In this document: positions 12,170 through 25,348 of the stretch, piece by piece
Layout of the letters: each line of letters begins with the position of its first letter
Numbering within the stretch: the stretch's first letter is position 1
Assembly (NCBI GenBank): GCA_964016885.1
Contig: OZ024744.1
Span: forward strand, 88,412,001-88,476,000
Length of the DNA stretch: 64,000 nt
From: Eledone cirrhosa
Lineage: Eukaryota
Direction of reading: 5' to 3'
Notes under the pieces: generated by a model
The model's database searches: none
What the model saw: only the letters and a program-made list of their open reading frames with translations
Told to the model about the DNA's origin: nothing
Translations under genes and position numbers: made by a program

Positions 12170-12988
12170 CCTCTACCAACCCCAGTCTCTCTCTCTCCTT
12201 TTTCTTCTCTCTTTCTATCTCCTACATCTCTCACCCTCCCGTGTCACTCTCTCACCCGCTCTGTCTTTCTCTCCCCTGTCTCTCTTTCACCTTCTCATCT
12301 TCCCGTATCTCTCTCTCACCCTTTCTGTCTTTTACTCCCCTGTCTCTCTCTCTCTCTCACATTTTCTCCTGCGTCTCTTTATCAACCACTCTCTCTCTCC
12401 CACTCTCTCTCTCTCTCCCGCGTCTCTCTCTCACCCTCTATCTCTTCCCCGTCTTTCTCCCCCTCTCTCCTCTGTCTCTCTTTCACCCTCTCACCTTCCC
12501 GTGTCTCTCTCTCACCCTTTCTGTCTTTCACTCCCCTGTCTCTCTCTCACATTTTCTCCTGCGTCTTTTTCTCACCCACTCTCTCTATCCACTGTCTCTC
12601 GTTCACCCACTCTCTCCCCTCTTTCTCACTCAGCTTCTCTCTCCTCCGTCTCTCTCTCTCTCTCCCGTCTCTTTCCATCACCCCTCTCTCTGTCTCCGTC
12701 TCTATCTCTCACCCTATTTCTCTCCAACGTCTCTCTCCCGCACTCTCACTCTCTCCCGTCACTCTCTCTCTCTCTCTCACCCTCTCTTTTCTCCGTCTCT
12801 CTCTCTCATCCTTTCTTCCTGCCCCCGTCTCTCTCTCCCTCACTCTCACTCTCTCTCGTCGCTCTCTCTCTCTCTCTTTCATCCTCTATCTCTACCCCAT
12901 CTTTCTCTAACCCTCTCTCTTTTCTCTGTCTCTCTCTCACCCTCTCTTTTCTCCGTCTCTCTCTCTCACCCTTTCTTCCTGCCCCCGT

Positions 12989-13019
<31 letters not shown>

Positions 13020-13160
13020 ACTTTCTCCCCGTCTCTCGCTCACCCTCCCATCGTCTCCATTCTCCACTCCCTCTCTCACCCTTTCTCCCTGCCCTCCCTC
13101 TCTCTCTAACTCTCTTTCTCTCTCACCCTCTGTGTATCTCTCTTTCTTTCTCTCTCTCAT
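12170..13160. repeat. degenerate (CT)n low-complexity tract
   Basis: Pyrimidine-rich strand. Confidence 0.95.
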
Positions 13161-13727
13161 TGATACTTCACATGCAATACATTCAATATTATTTTTATTT
13201 TTATTTATTATTATTATTTTCCTCAGTTAAAAAAAAAACTGACACAACAGATGCTACATCATACATACATCTGCCTACAATAGTGTGTGGCGGGGGGGAC
13301 ATTTCAAGGAAAAGGTCCATGTACCCTTGTGAGTGCCCGGCATATAGCTAAGCCAATCAGGTTAAGAAGGTGACAGCAGATATACTCTGACCGGTTGTTT
13401 GATGTCAGACGCTATATAGTCGATGTCGTGTGAATACAACATCAGGTTGATAAAGCAAGTGGCGCCTATTTATCCAGATTTCAATACCTACGACAAAGCA
13501 CGCCGTTATTTCCTCAGATTTACGTGTATTATCTATTGATTCCTCCTGTCGGTGAAACATATACGCACAAAAATATATACATATATATATATGCATACAT
13601 GTACAAACACGCAAACACACACACACACACACACACACGTGTTTACGTACATTTTTATGTATATATATGTACACATACAAATATGATTTCCTTCGAATGA
13701 AACAGTTCTAGTCCTGTAGAAGCCATT

Positions 13728-13807
<80 letters not shown>

Positions 13808-14044
13808 TTGTGTGTGTGTCTGTGTGTGCGTGTGTATATGTATATATATATACAGGACGTTTCCAAAAAATATATACACACTTCTTCAACAGCATTCCTA
13901 TAAATATTGGTTGTACAGATAATCAAAGTATGTATACATATTTTGAGATATCCTGTATATATATATATATATGTGTGTGTTAGGTAATTCCCCCCCCCCC
14001 CCAAAAAAAAAGCAAAGGAAAAAAAGGTGCTCTATGTATATGAT

Positions 14045-14082
<38 letters not shown>

Positions 14083-14084
<2 letters not shown>

Positions 14085-14564
14085 CGAGTAAAAATAACGG
14101 AGCAAAGGACTCGCGTATAATCCTGTAATTGAATGAGCTCAAAGGAAATAGTTTTCCTGGGCACATTAAAATACAATATATAGAGGGGAAAGACACAGAA
14201 GAGTGTGTTTTTCATTACAGGAATTTCGAACCACCAGCGTGAGAAGAATATAAGCTACTAGAGGTATTGGTAAAACATTAAAATTGAAAGTATAAATTGA
14301 AATGAAAAACCATCTTCACCTAAATCACACATGTACACACTCACCAGGAGCATGTTTCGCTATTTTAGTGGGTTCCAATACGGCCCGGTGGGTCATCAGC
14401 ATGTGGAAGGCCAATATTGTCCGCACTACTAGAGACAGAACTATACTTTTAATTTTAATGTTTTACCAATGCCTCTAGTACCTTATAATCTTCTCACGCT
14501 GGTGGTTCGAAATTCCTGTAATAAAAAGCACACTCTCCTGTGTCTTTCCCTTCTATATATTGTA
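14083..14564 (-). mobile_element. HHR-bearing element with inverted partial copy, between (TA)n tracts
   Basis: 14172-14294 and 14442-14564 are inverted repeats, with the HHR in the spacer. Confidence 0.8.
14328..14405 (-). ncRNA. type I hammerhead ribozyme motif
   Basis: Minus strand: CACATG-CTGATGA-..-GAAA-CATGCTC(ctggt)GAGTGTG-TA-CATGTG. Stems I and III are well paired, stem II is imperfect. Confidence 0.78.
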
Positions 14565-14637
14565 TATATATATTTTATATATATATATATGGGTGTATGT
14601 GTGTGTGTGTGTGTGTGTGCGTGTGCGTGTGTGTGTG

Positions 14638-15295
14638 TAATTGTTTCTACTTTTGGCACAAGGCCAGCAATTATTCCAGTGTATTACTGGTACTTTATTT
14701 TATCGACCCCGTAAGAATGAAATGCAAAGTTAACCTCGGCGGAATTTGAACTCAGACCATAAAGGGCCGTAACTCTTTGCTGCAAACATGGCCTCCGACC
14801 CTCTACCGATACTGCTAATCCAATAATCATTTACTTTACGTTACTATTGGTTCACCAGCTTCAGCACTCGCTGCATAATGGGCTTCGGTTTAGTATGTGG
14901 TATTGCACATTTGGTGTTACAAGATGTTACAAGATGGTCGGTCTCCTACATAAACAAGGTTTTTATAATGGTTTCTTATATAGGCACAAGGCCAGCAATT
15001 TTGGGGGAGGGGAAAGTCGATTAAATCGACTCCAGTGTGTGACAGGTACTTTATTTTATCGACCCCGTAAGGATGAAAGGCAAAGCTAACCTTGACGGGA
15101 TTTGAACTCAGAACGTAACTCTATGCCATAAAACAAGGTGTCTGACGCTCTACCGATAGTGCCAATGATAATAAAAATAATAATTGTTTCTATTTTAGGC
15201 ACAAGGCCAGCAATTTGAAGGGGAGGGGAAAGTCAATTAAAACAACCCAGTGCATTACTGGTACTTTATTTTACCGAACCCCGTAAGAATGAAAG
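14638..15295 (-). mobile_element. cluster of three SINE family A copies
   Basis: Copies at ~14638-14822, ~14965-15165 and ~15178-15295. Confidence 0.82.
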
Positions 15296-15658
15296 AATAA
15301 TATTGATAATGAATAGGAACCTGATGCCACAGTATCATTACATTTATTTACGTGCAACGCACCTTTCGTGATTTATCAGCTCAAGATACGATCTGTATCG
15401 ATCTCAACCGACTCTCGAACCAATAATTCATCAGAATTATGGTTTCCTTAATTACGGGAGTTTTCTACGTACAACTTGAAATTACCATTTCTCTTTCATT
15501 TCATATATATATGTGTATATATATATATATAAGTTTATCCCGGATTCAATCAGGGGTAACCACAATAAGTAAGGTACTCAGTACATAGCAGAGTTTAAAT
15601 ATTTAATATAGAAATGGCTTTTACAGGACTAGAACTGTTTCATTCGGGAGAAATCATT

Positions 15659-15689
<31 letters not shown>

Positions 15690-15691
<2 letters not shown>

Positions 15692-16298
15692 CGATAAATT
15701 AACGGAGCCATAGACTCTCGTTATTCCCTGTCAATAATGTGCACAAAGGAAAAGGAATCCTGAGCTCTTTGAAATACAATATGTTGAAAAGGTAACACAC
15801 TAGAGAGAGATAGTGCACCATCAATAAAATAGGGAAAACCACCAGTGTATGGAATGCTCCTTATAACAGTATTTCCTCTCTCTCTCTGTTTGGTTGAGCA
15901 CACTTCTTTGAGTGGTTTTTGGGCTGCCCTTTCTAGCAGCTCGTCCCTCAGATACCACTGGTTCACTTCCCTAAACACGCTGTGACATCTCTCTGCCGCG
16001 TGTAGCTGGATGGTCGCTTTAGATTTTCTTAGAGTTGTCTGGAATGTATAGTCTTACAGACGCTGATGAACCATAGGCTATTCCATTTCAGTCAACAACT
16101 TCCTGGCGAAACAGATCTCTTTGGATTTGTACGCGTGTGATATATAGTTATAGAGGTGCGTATATACATTTTAATTCTTATTTTTAATTATTGTGTGTCT
16201 ACCATGCCTTCCATAGGTTATAGATTCCAGACACTGGGGGTTTTCCCTGTTTTATTGATGGCGCACTATCTCTCTCTAGTGTGTTACCTTTTCAACAT

Positions 16299-16303
<5 letters not shown>
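15690..16303. mobile_element. HHR-bearing element with ~80-bp inverted repeats, between (TA)n tracts
   Basis: ~15775-15855 versus ~16223-16303. The left terminus resembles 14083-14180. Confidence 0.78.
16054..16140 (+). ncRNA. type I hammerhead motif
   Basis: CTGATGA(16063-16069)-aCCA..TGGc-GAAA-CAGATC..GATTTG-TA. Stem I has two mismatches. Confidence 0.68.
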
Positions 16304-16336
<33 letters not shown>

Positions 16337-16571
16337 ATATATATATATGAGGGTTAACAAAATATCATTATAGGTAATCTAGTTAGAGATAGTGAATACT
16401 TATTATTATGGATAGTTTTAGCGTATGGCGTTGTTTGACTCAACAAGAGGTTTACGTAGATGACGAGTTTATGATTTCACTTGTATTCCTATGTAAGTTT
16501 ATCTTGGAGTAATAAAATTGAAAAAAGTGAAGAATAACATAGTCAATAGTACAAAAAAAGTGGATATATTT

Positions 16572-16669
16572 ACAGTCTAACAATTGTTTCTCTGATTAAG
16601 TTGAACACCAGAAGCAGCACCACTCAATTTCAAATTCGATATTAGCTCAATCAGCTCATCAGAAACTGT
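16572..16669 (-). ncRNA. type I hammerhead motif with long stem II
   Basis: Minus strand: ACAGTTT-CTGATGA-gCTGATTGAG..CTTAATCAGa-GAAA-CAATTG-TT-AGACTGT. 5'-truncated relative at ~47570-47690 (+). Confidence 0.8.
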
Positions 16670-16723
16670 TACAAAAAAATATATATAACCGGCAAATCTA
16701 CAAATTCAAATTACATCATCAAT

Positions 16724-16910
16724 AATAATTGTTTCTACTTTTAGGCACAAGGCCAGCAATTACCCAGTGTATTACTGGTACTTTATTTTATCGACCCTGT
16801 AAGGATGAAAGGCAAAGTCAACCTCGGCGGGATTTGAACTCAGATCGTAAAGGGACGTAACTATGCTGGAAAGCATGGCGTCCGACTCTCTACCGATACT
16901 GCCAATCCAC
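16724..16910 (-). mobile_element. SINE family A copy
   Basis: Same core and tail. Confidence 0.85.
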
Positions 16911-17231
16911 GATGTTAATAATAAAGATAGAGAGAGAAAAAAAGAAAGAAAGGGAGATATATAAAGAAAAGGAAAAAAGAAAAAGAAAAAGAAAAAGAAA
17001 AAGAAAAAGAAAAAGAAAGAAAAAGAATATAGAGAAAATATAGAGAGAAGAGAATATATGGATAAATGATGATATAAAGAGGAGGGACATGCATAAGGAG
17101 AAATAACGTAGGAGAGAAAGAACAATAGAGGGGAAAATGATATCAACAATAAATGAATAAACGTTAATACATGAATAAATGTAAATAAAAATAAAAATGC
17201 GTTTTAATAAATGTAATTAAAAATAAAAAAT

Positions 17232-18045
17232 GCGTGAGGTATTCACGGGGACAAGGCACGACAGTCAAACGGTAGTAGATGACGGACGCTATGAAAGTGT
17301 TCGCCACCTCCGCTCGACCTTTCAAAGACAGTTTGCACTCTGCCCACTTCTGGGTGAGCGTAAATACCTTGGCCATGACCTCGTTCAAGTTTTTCTCCAC
17401 CTGGAGGTCTGGACCGAACCAGACCCCGAGCAATTTCACCAGTCCTTCCGTCCAGCGTCCGACGACGCTATCGGACGGCATCGGTTTGCCTCTTTACGTT
17501 CCGAGTTGTAAACCGACAGACTTGTCCGGGTTCAGTTTTGCTCCTGTGAACATTTCGTATTCCTGTAGTAGGTTGCCGATTACCTCGATTTCCGAGGTTT
17601 TCGACACCATTACCGTCACGTCGTCGGCATAAGCCGACACCGCTTTCCGCAGTCCCGGTTCCAACGGGATGCCCAGCTTCCGCAGTAGTGGCTCTAGAGT
17701 CAATACGTACATAATGGAGGAGAGAAGGCATCCCTGTCGAATGGAACGCGTGATTGCGAACGGCTCCGATAGGTAGCCGTTCAGCTTGAAACTTCGAGCA
17801 TATGCTGGCGTGCATCGCCTTGATCCAGCCTCTGAAAACGGGACCTAAACCGGCCGCCTTGAGAACCGCTTCTAAGTATCGATGGTCGACCCTATTGAAT
17901 GCCTTAGACTGATCTAAATTGATCAGAGCCCCACCGAAGCCGGGTTTACACCCCACCCTCTCTATGATGTATCGCATGAGGTGGAGGTTGTCGTGTATGC
18001 ACCTGGTCGGGATTGCACACGATTGCACACGTTTGGTCGGGATTG
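17232..18045 (-). pseudogene. non-LTR retrotransposon reverse transcriptase fragment (Tx1/L1-like), frameshifted
   Basis: IHDNLHLMR, GALINLDQSKAFNRVDH, AYADDVTV, KLLGVWFG and LSLKGRAEVAN spread over several frames. Confidence 0.85.
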
Positions 18046-18710
18046 CATACGTTATTTCTCCTTGTTGTTGTGGTGGTGATTGTTTTGGTGTTGGTGTTGG
18101 TAAAAGTACTTTTTTTAAATTTGTTTGTAAAGGGCAGGAGACTTTTAGGTGTGATGTGCTTGCACATCGAAAACAGTGTGGCTCTCTTCCCTCAGTTACA
18201 ATGTTAATGTAGTTTTGTTTGTAGACCAGCACTCTTTCGGGGATTTTTGAAATTCTTTCTGGTTTTATTTGTATCAGAATTTCCAAATTTGTCCCTGCCC
18301 ACCTTTGTCTGGTCGACTTCCTGACCGAAAGAATTGTGTCACAGTCTGGCTCTATGAACCCTGCTGAGATCCACTAAATGTTGATGTTTGGTTGTATGTT
18401 ATTTATTTTAATTTTTTGTGTTCTTTTTCCCATGTAAGTAAGGAAAAAAGTGTGTGTTTTTGTGATGACTGGTGTAACAGAATGCTTTTGTGCAAGGGCC
18501 TTGCTTTTAAATAGTACCGAAATACTTCCATATAGTCTGGCCCTCTGCATAAAATCAATTTCCGGCAGAGCCTCTTTCAAGGTGGTTTCAATTTCCCCTT
18601 GACTGAGGAATACCGGCTTATTTATTTGATATGAGACAGTTCTGAAGGTTACCGTTCTTCGAAATCTTTCCTGTTTAATTTGCAAGGGTGAGTTTATTTG
18701 AAACCAACCT
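18046..18710 (-). pseudogene. ORF1/gag-like fragment with CCHC zinc knuckle
   Basis: CFRCASTSHLKVSCP (C-X2-C-X4-H-X4-C), upstream of and in frame with the RT fragment. Confidence 0.6.
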
Positions 18711-18714
18711 TTAG

Positions 18715-18749
<35 letters not shown>

Positions 18750-19123
18750 TGCATATATGCACTTACGTATATATGTATGTATCCAATTGTATGTTGTAAC
18801 TTATATATGTTTGCATGTCTGTTTGAAAATATCTCTTTATATTATAAGCTAAACTTCTGTATTACATTACATAGGTTTTACAGTTCCAATAATGTCTTAC
18901 GACTTCAACATTTTTATTAACCCTATCCTTCTTGATTTTTGGAAGCCTAAATTTTGAATGTTCATACTGACTTCGTAAGTTACATGACGAAGCACCACAA
19001 TAATTACAAGCATAACGCTAAAGTTATACTTCAAGTGGAATATCTGCTTATTAGTTCAATATAGAGATTTTCTTTTCCACTAATCTTTAACATTATATTA
19101 ACATTTATATTGACATCTGCTGA

Positions 19124-19320
19124 GGGCGGTGGTCGGACACCATGCTTTGAAGCATAGAGTTTCGGTCCTTTGCAGTCTAAGTTCATATCCCGACGAAGTT
19201 AACTTTGCCTTTCATCCTTACGGGGTCGATAAAATAAAGTACCAGTAACGTACTGGAGTCGATTAAATCGACTCCCCCCACCAAATTACTGGCCTTGTGC
19301 TTATACTAGAAATCGTTATA
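19124..19320 (+). mobile_element. SINE family A copy
   Basis: Same core. Another plus-strand copy lies at ~21462-21682. Confidence 0.82.
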
Positions 19321-19686
19321 TTAATATCTGCTGAACAAATTGATTTCCACTATTATGGACACATTTTTTTTTTTTTTTTTTGTCTGTACCAAACATTTAC
19401 TTTTATGATCTTTTATTTTTATATTCTATTAATGTTTTACCAGAAACACCCCACCAACATTCATTTGAATTATGTGGGTGTATGCCTCCACGCCACACAA
19501 TGACCACTTATATTTTCATCTTCAGAAGTATCTTCTGTATGAATCGCATTGTATGTTTTAGCCACATCATCATGTTTTATAGGTAGATAGATAACATTGT
19601 GATGAGATATTCAGACAACAGCTTATGATGTAGGTAAAGTCTTCAGTGTTAAATTTCGCAGTCTACATCAGTTGTATCTTCTAAGT

Positions 19687-20022
19687 CAGAGATTCGCAAA
19701 GTGGGCGCTACCAAACCCCGGAGGGGCATTGATAAGGTCAAGGGGGCACACTACGGCTTAAGGGGGTGGCAGTGATGATATAATAGTATATTAAATATCA
19801 AATGATACATATTATATATAAATATAGTAAAATAGAAAATATATATATTCATTTATACATAGTGTATATAATATTTATTATATATAAATTAGCGATTTTA
19901 TTTGTTATATATTATTTACAATTTGCGTGTAGGCAGGTCTCTCTGGAAATAGGGTTGAGTGGCGCGGAGGGTATTACGTGGCCGTGAAGGAGGCAGTGAC
20001 CGAAAAAGTTTGAGAACCTCTG
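19687..20022. mobile_element. hAT (Charlie-type) MITE
   Basis: Ends CAGAGATTCGCAAAGT..AGTTTGAGAACCTCTG. Imperfect 8-bp flanks TTCTAAGT/GTCTAGGT. Confidence 0.6.
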
Positions 20023-20199
20023 GTCTAGGTGTTTAATCGGCATCTCTATCTCTTTTGTCGACCAAGTATTGTGTTCGTTATTGTTCTCGGATTACAAAAA
20101 CTTTCGCTTTAAAGAGAGAGCTAATTTTCCATTTTTTTGTCTCCGATAGACTGTCATGTTTATCTATGTTACTGACAACATAGCCAAGCATGAACGTCT

Positions 20200-20880
20200 G
20201 ATGATAAGAATACATCCCTTCATTTGATTACCCGTTGCGGTAGAGCTATGCAACTTCCCTCAGTTATCAGTTAAGAATACTTTCTGATGAACTCTTGTCA
20301 ACTTTTATGATGATATCTGTTACATGCATTTAGACTTGGTCCATGGATTCACTTCAATATATGTTGGTTAGCAGATATGTCGAAGGGCCGTGATACAGTA
20401 TTCAAAGACTTTTTTTTTTTTCATTTTAGCTAGAGGACGTCTATGACATTATTTGTGTGGAAAACTCTGGTGGTGGTTAATAGTTGCAATGTTCTAATAT
20501 CGAATCTGTTTTAGCATCCACTCGAGTGTATCACATTTTGTTACGAGTACGGTACAGCAAACTCATTGTAGCCTACTAATTTATTGTATGAAGAGTATTC
20601 CGATTATCATATTTTTATATTTCCTGATTGTGCATTTCTAGTTACAAGTTCTATTATGGGATATATTTTTTTATTCACACCTAAGTATCTAATGCATTCC
20701 TCCTCAGATACTGAAGAAACAGTCAGAGAGCTAAGTATGTTACAAGATTAGCCTGAATTTTCCACCCATTTTTCAATCATGTAAGAATATACATGGTGAC
20801 CCCACCAAAGATACACTTCATCAGCATTCAAATAAATATTGCCTATACAGGTAATCGAAGTGTGAAAACATTTTCGAGGA
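20200..20880 (-). pseudogene. highly decayed LINE RT remnant (CR1/L2-like?)
   Basis: Minus-strand peptide traces YLNADEV, ECIRYLGVN and EFAVPY in the expected order. Confidence 0.35.
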
Positions 20881-20938
20881 CACTTTATATATCCTGGTCA
20901 AACTCACTCCTTGTATCATTTAAGGATATGTTTTAGAA

Positions 20939-21242
20939 CAGAGGCGTGCAACATATTCCATTGGCGGGCCCATTTTGAACATTGAAACAACTATTAGGAC
21001 CATTAATATTTATTAAGCACTATTCCAAAGATTAACCACAACTTCTTTCCATAACATGGAACTGGGAAATTATAACACACATAACCCTATCAGTGAAGCC
21101 CTTTAGTATAGGTCAACTAACAGTTACGAAAAAAATTCTAAATAAGCCTACAAAGTGAAAATTACATATGGTCATCGCGGGCCATTCTGAATGATCTGGC
21201 GGGCCGGATTGTGGCCCGCAAGCCACCTGTTGTACGCCCCAG
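20939..21242. mobile_element. hAT MITE
   Basis: CAGAGGCGTGCAACA..TGTTGTACGCCCCAG, GCGGGCC subterminal motifs, TSD TTTTAGAA/CTTTAGAA. Confidence 0.7.
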
Positions 21243-22791
21243 CTTTAGAAATCATGTTTCTGCCTTCATAAGAACTAATCATGTACCAATCAAAACCAGC
21301 AAGCGTGCTATATTTATATCTGAGCTGAAAGCTTCGTATCAATGGTTTTCTGTTGAATCCTTGTCTTACCATATATGTGTTAATAGTTTTCTTACCTTTT
21401 CCACAAAATAAACATTTATCTTGTTAGTTATCATATCGTGTTTTGTTGTTTAACTAGAAGAGGACGGTGGATTGGCAGTATGGGTAGAGGGTCGGAGGTC
21501 ATGCTTTGAAGCATAGAGTTACGGCTCTTTATGATCTGAGTTCAAATCCTGCCGAAGTTAACTTTGCCTTCCATCCTTATGGGGTCGATAAAATACAGTA
21601 CCAGTCACGCACTGGGGTAGATTTAGTTGACTTCTCCCTTCCCCCAAAATATGCTGGCCTTGTGCATATATAAGACACTATTATTTAACTGGAAAATAAG
21701 TAGTATACACGTAAGTACGTACGTATGTAAGTATGGATGTATGGATGTTGTTGATTTAGTTTCCAGTTTAAAATTTTAATTTTCTCTTCTTTCAATTTTT
21801 CTTTCGTCTATATTTTGTAAGAGGTGGGTTGTGGAGGTTTGGTTTCGATGTTGGGATTTTTTTTTTTAAGTTGAGTTTTTTTCCATACGCTGACGCGTAT
21901 CTGCATATGTGTGTGTGTATGCACATACGCATACATTTATATGTATGAGTATATAAATATAAACATGCAAACACAGACACGCTTACAAAAATACACACTC
22001 ACAGACATACATTCTCACAAACACACACATACATTCACAAAAACACACACACATACGTTCACACTAACATACACATATACATTTACACAAACACACACAC
22101 TCACATACAGCATAGTTTTTCACCATCACCTTACACATACATACATTCCCGCAGGCAGCAGACGTAACGAAAGAGGAGTAGCATGAGGTAGTCAAACTAC
22201 TCCTCTGTCTTTTTACGTGTTGTGACAGAATCACAGACATTTATATAGAGATTACAAATTTTACCTGCACCATGTTTCTTTCTTGTATGGATGGCAATCG
22301 AAGAAGTATGCTAGAAGGCATACAGAAATAAAAGATTTATAATGATACTAACAATAATGTTTACGAATAATGGAACAAACAATGGTTCGAATTAAAATTT
22401 TATGAAAGAAAAGCGTTTTGGAAAGTATAAAAGAAATGTCACAGCAAATCTTGTCCTTTCTTTACTATCTTTCAAAACAATTTTTGCCAATTCCTTGCAT
22501 TTCTGACAGAAATACATAATAACCAAAACGAACTATTATTTTTACATTTTGAGAATTTCCCCACCCGCACCCCCACCCCCAAGCATTCTTCCGTGACCTA
22601 ATAAGTCCTTGTTCTTCCCCTCCTTTTCTTCTCATTTATCTCATTTATAGTCTTTTCCTTTACTTTCCTATACAACCAGATCTGCACTTCTTTACCACAA
22701 CCCCTTCCCTTTTTTTTTCATTATTTATATAATTAGTATTGTAACATTGAAAACTTGATATATAATTCAGTTACCAAGTGTTGTTGAAAAA

Positions 22792-22824
<33 letters not shown>

Positions 22825-23112
22825 TTCATCGCCGCTATATATATATATATATATAGCGGCGATGAATTAGTTTTGCGAGGTTTTTCATATGAAATCGTGT
22901 GTCGAAACAAATATTGTTATAGTTGGGGGGCGGGGGGTCATTTTGTTATAATATTGCCAGAAATAATAACAGAACACACTCACTCTTTGGTTTGGATTGG
23001 TTTTCGCTTCTGTATCTCCATACTTAATTTATCTAGCAATCAATGTTTTTCATTAATTGACCAATGGTTAAAAATACAGATATAAATATATATATATATA
23101 TTTTTTTAGGAA

Positions 23113-23324
23113 CGATCGACTTTCGTCAAATCGGACCGCAGAAACAATGTTTCCGTTGGTCTTTCCAATTGCTAATACTATCTATCGGTCGCAACTCCAG
23201 GTAGAAGGAGCAACGTGAAATAAAGTGTCTTGCTCAAGGACATAACGCATCGCCTGGTCCAGGAATCGAACTCACAACCTTGCGATTGCGAATCCAATTC
23301 TCTAACCACTCAGCCACACGCCTT
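23113..23324 (-). mobile_element. tRNA-derived SINE family B (CORE-like GTCCTTGAGCAAGACACTT)
   Basis: A box TGGCTGAGTGG and B box GAGTTCGATTCC on the minus strand. Copies at ~9844-10043 and ~41824-41993, relative at ~45860-46110 (+). Confidence 0.82.
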
Positions 23325-23635
23325 CATATACATATATATATATACGCATATATAGTCTATCAAAGTTCTTTCGTCACACATCTGCGACAACATCAGTGGT
23401 TCTATTATGTTTTCCACCGATGTATTGTAAAAATGGCGTAGACTTTACAATACAACTGGAGGAAACATCATAGATGATATCGCAGATGTTGTGGTTGTGG
23501 TGACGGATGAGGGTGGGTGGGTTGCGGTGGTAGTGGTTGTAGTGGTGGTAGTAGTGCTGGTTACTACGGTGAACGCGGATATGTAATGAACTCTCAGGGA
23601 TTCAGCTCTCTGTACCAGAATTGAATGCCTTACAT

Positions 23636-23731
23636 CAGGCATGTCAAACATGGGGTCTAGGTCCGCTTGCGGCCCTCAGACAACACATATGAGCCATGTG
23701 GCCCTTGGGGGACCCTCAGTTTACATACCTG
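23636..23731. mobile_element. short hAT MITE
   Basis: CAGGCATGTCAAAC..GTTTACATACCTG, TSD CCTTACAT/CTTTACAT. Confidence 0.7.
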
Positions 23732-23832
23732 CTTTACATAATTGTATTTTAGGCAGAACTGTTGCTCATTTTTATCGCGCATTTACAACAAAATGATAAT
23801 CAATTGTATAAGTGTGCTTATATTATCTATAT

Positions 23833-24398
23833 TGGACGCCATGCTTTCTAGCATAGTTACGTCCCTTTACAGTCTGAGTTCAAATCCCGCTGAGGTTAAC
23901 TTTGCCTTTCATCCTTACGGGGTCGATAAAATAAAGTACCAGTAATGTACTGGGTAGTTGCTGGCCTTGTGCCTAAAGTAGAAACAATTATCTATAACTT
24001 ATTTTTTAGGGCGTCAGATACCATGCTTTGCAGCATAGAGTATCGGCCCTTTATGTTCTAAGTTCAAATAAAATCGAAGTTAGTTTTACCTTTCACCCTT
24101 ACGGGATGGATAAAGTGAAATTCCAGTAATATACTGGGATCAATTTAATCAACATTTACCTCACCCCGAAATTGTTGGCTTTGTGCCTATATCAGAAAGG
24201 ATTATTCGGTGGTTTGGCAGTATCGGTAGAGGGTCGGACGCCATGCTTTGCAGGATAGGAGTTATTGCCCTTTACATTCTGAGTGCAAATCCGCCCGAGG
24301 TCAACTTTGCCTTTCATCCTTACGGGGTCGAAAGAATAAAGCACCAGTCATACACTGGAGTAATTGTTGGCCTTGTTCCAAAAGTAGAAACAATTATT
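23833..24398 (+). mobile_element. three head-to-tail SINE family A copies
   Basis: ~23833-23990, ~24008-24205 and ~24208-24398. Confidence 0.82.
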
Positions 24399-24679
24399 TA
24401 TAACTTATCTAATTATGGAATATATTCAAATAAACTTATGTAGAAAGACAAAATTATTTGTATGGAGGATTATCGTACTCAGTTAAGAGAAAAAGCTGAA
24501 AAACTTTTTTCTAGGTTATATATATTTCTTTTTAAAATATGAAAAAGAAGAACATGTTTCCTATATGAAAAACCAAATTTCTTTTCGCTCGAACATGATG
24601 GATACGTAAATGTATTCTTGAGTGAATATAGAATACTATGCACTGAGGATGAAGAACTCAGAGCTGTACGGGAGCCTCC

Positions 24680-24910
24680 CAAAATTCAGCTCGAAAGTTA
24701 CACAGCTGGAGATGCTTACCGACATTCAGATTTGACACTGCACTCAGTGTTCCTGTGGGAGCCCCGACTCGGACACACTGGAAGAGGAAGACCTCGATTG
24801 ACATATATTGATGCCCTCATGGACAGACACTAGACTCTGGGATATGCTGAAGGACTGAGACTTCTGGAGAGAATTCGTCCATAGATCTCAGAATTTTTAC
24901 CCGCTCTAGA
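24680..24910 (+). pseudogene. 3' fragment of the RTE LINE seen at 60268-61310
   Basis: LTLHSVFLWEPRLGHTGRGRPRLTY. Ends TTTTACCCGCTCTAG followed by (ATAG)n. Confidence 0.8.
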
Positions 24911-25348
24911 TAGATAGATAGAAGTATTCTCAACAGTCCCAGCGTGTAGCAACGACAAGAATACACAGTCTCGATAAGGAGCAACAACTCCGAAACAATT
25001 ATCGACGGTTTTCACTCAGTTACCGCTAGAACAAAAAGGTGGCGCGTCATCTAGAAAACACACATGGCGTCTGTAGGCGGGTAAATTTGAGGAGGAGAGG
25101 GGTGCCCTTCCAGGGTGCTCTCGAAGCGTCGGGTTGTTCAGGATTGGTGGGGTACCTGAGCGAACTCTGGGTGGTCATCCCCTCTATTGTGGAATTTTTC
25201 TTGTATTTGTCTTGTTACGTTGTTATTGTTATTCATATTGTTTACTCGATTTTTCTGTAAAACCCCACTGTCCCAGTCTTTTGTATTGTCCCCCTATATG
25301 TCGGCCCTTGTGGCCAATAAATGAAATCATTATTATTATTATTATTAT

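Noticed and set aside
20190-20300. Two CTGATGA heptamers
   Set aside because: No downstream GAAA or stem pairing. They lie within a decayed LINE-like region.
23240-23324. tRNA-like A/B boxes as a tRNA gene
   Set aside because: This is the head of a multi-copy SINE with no full cloverleaf.
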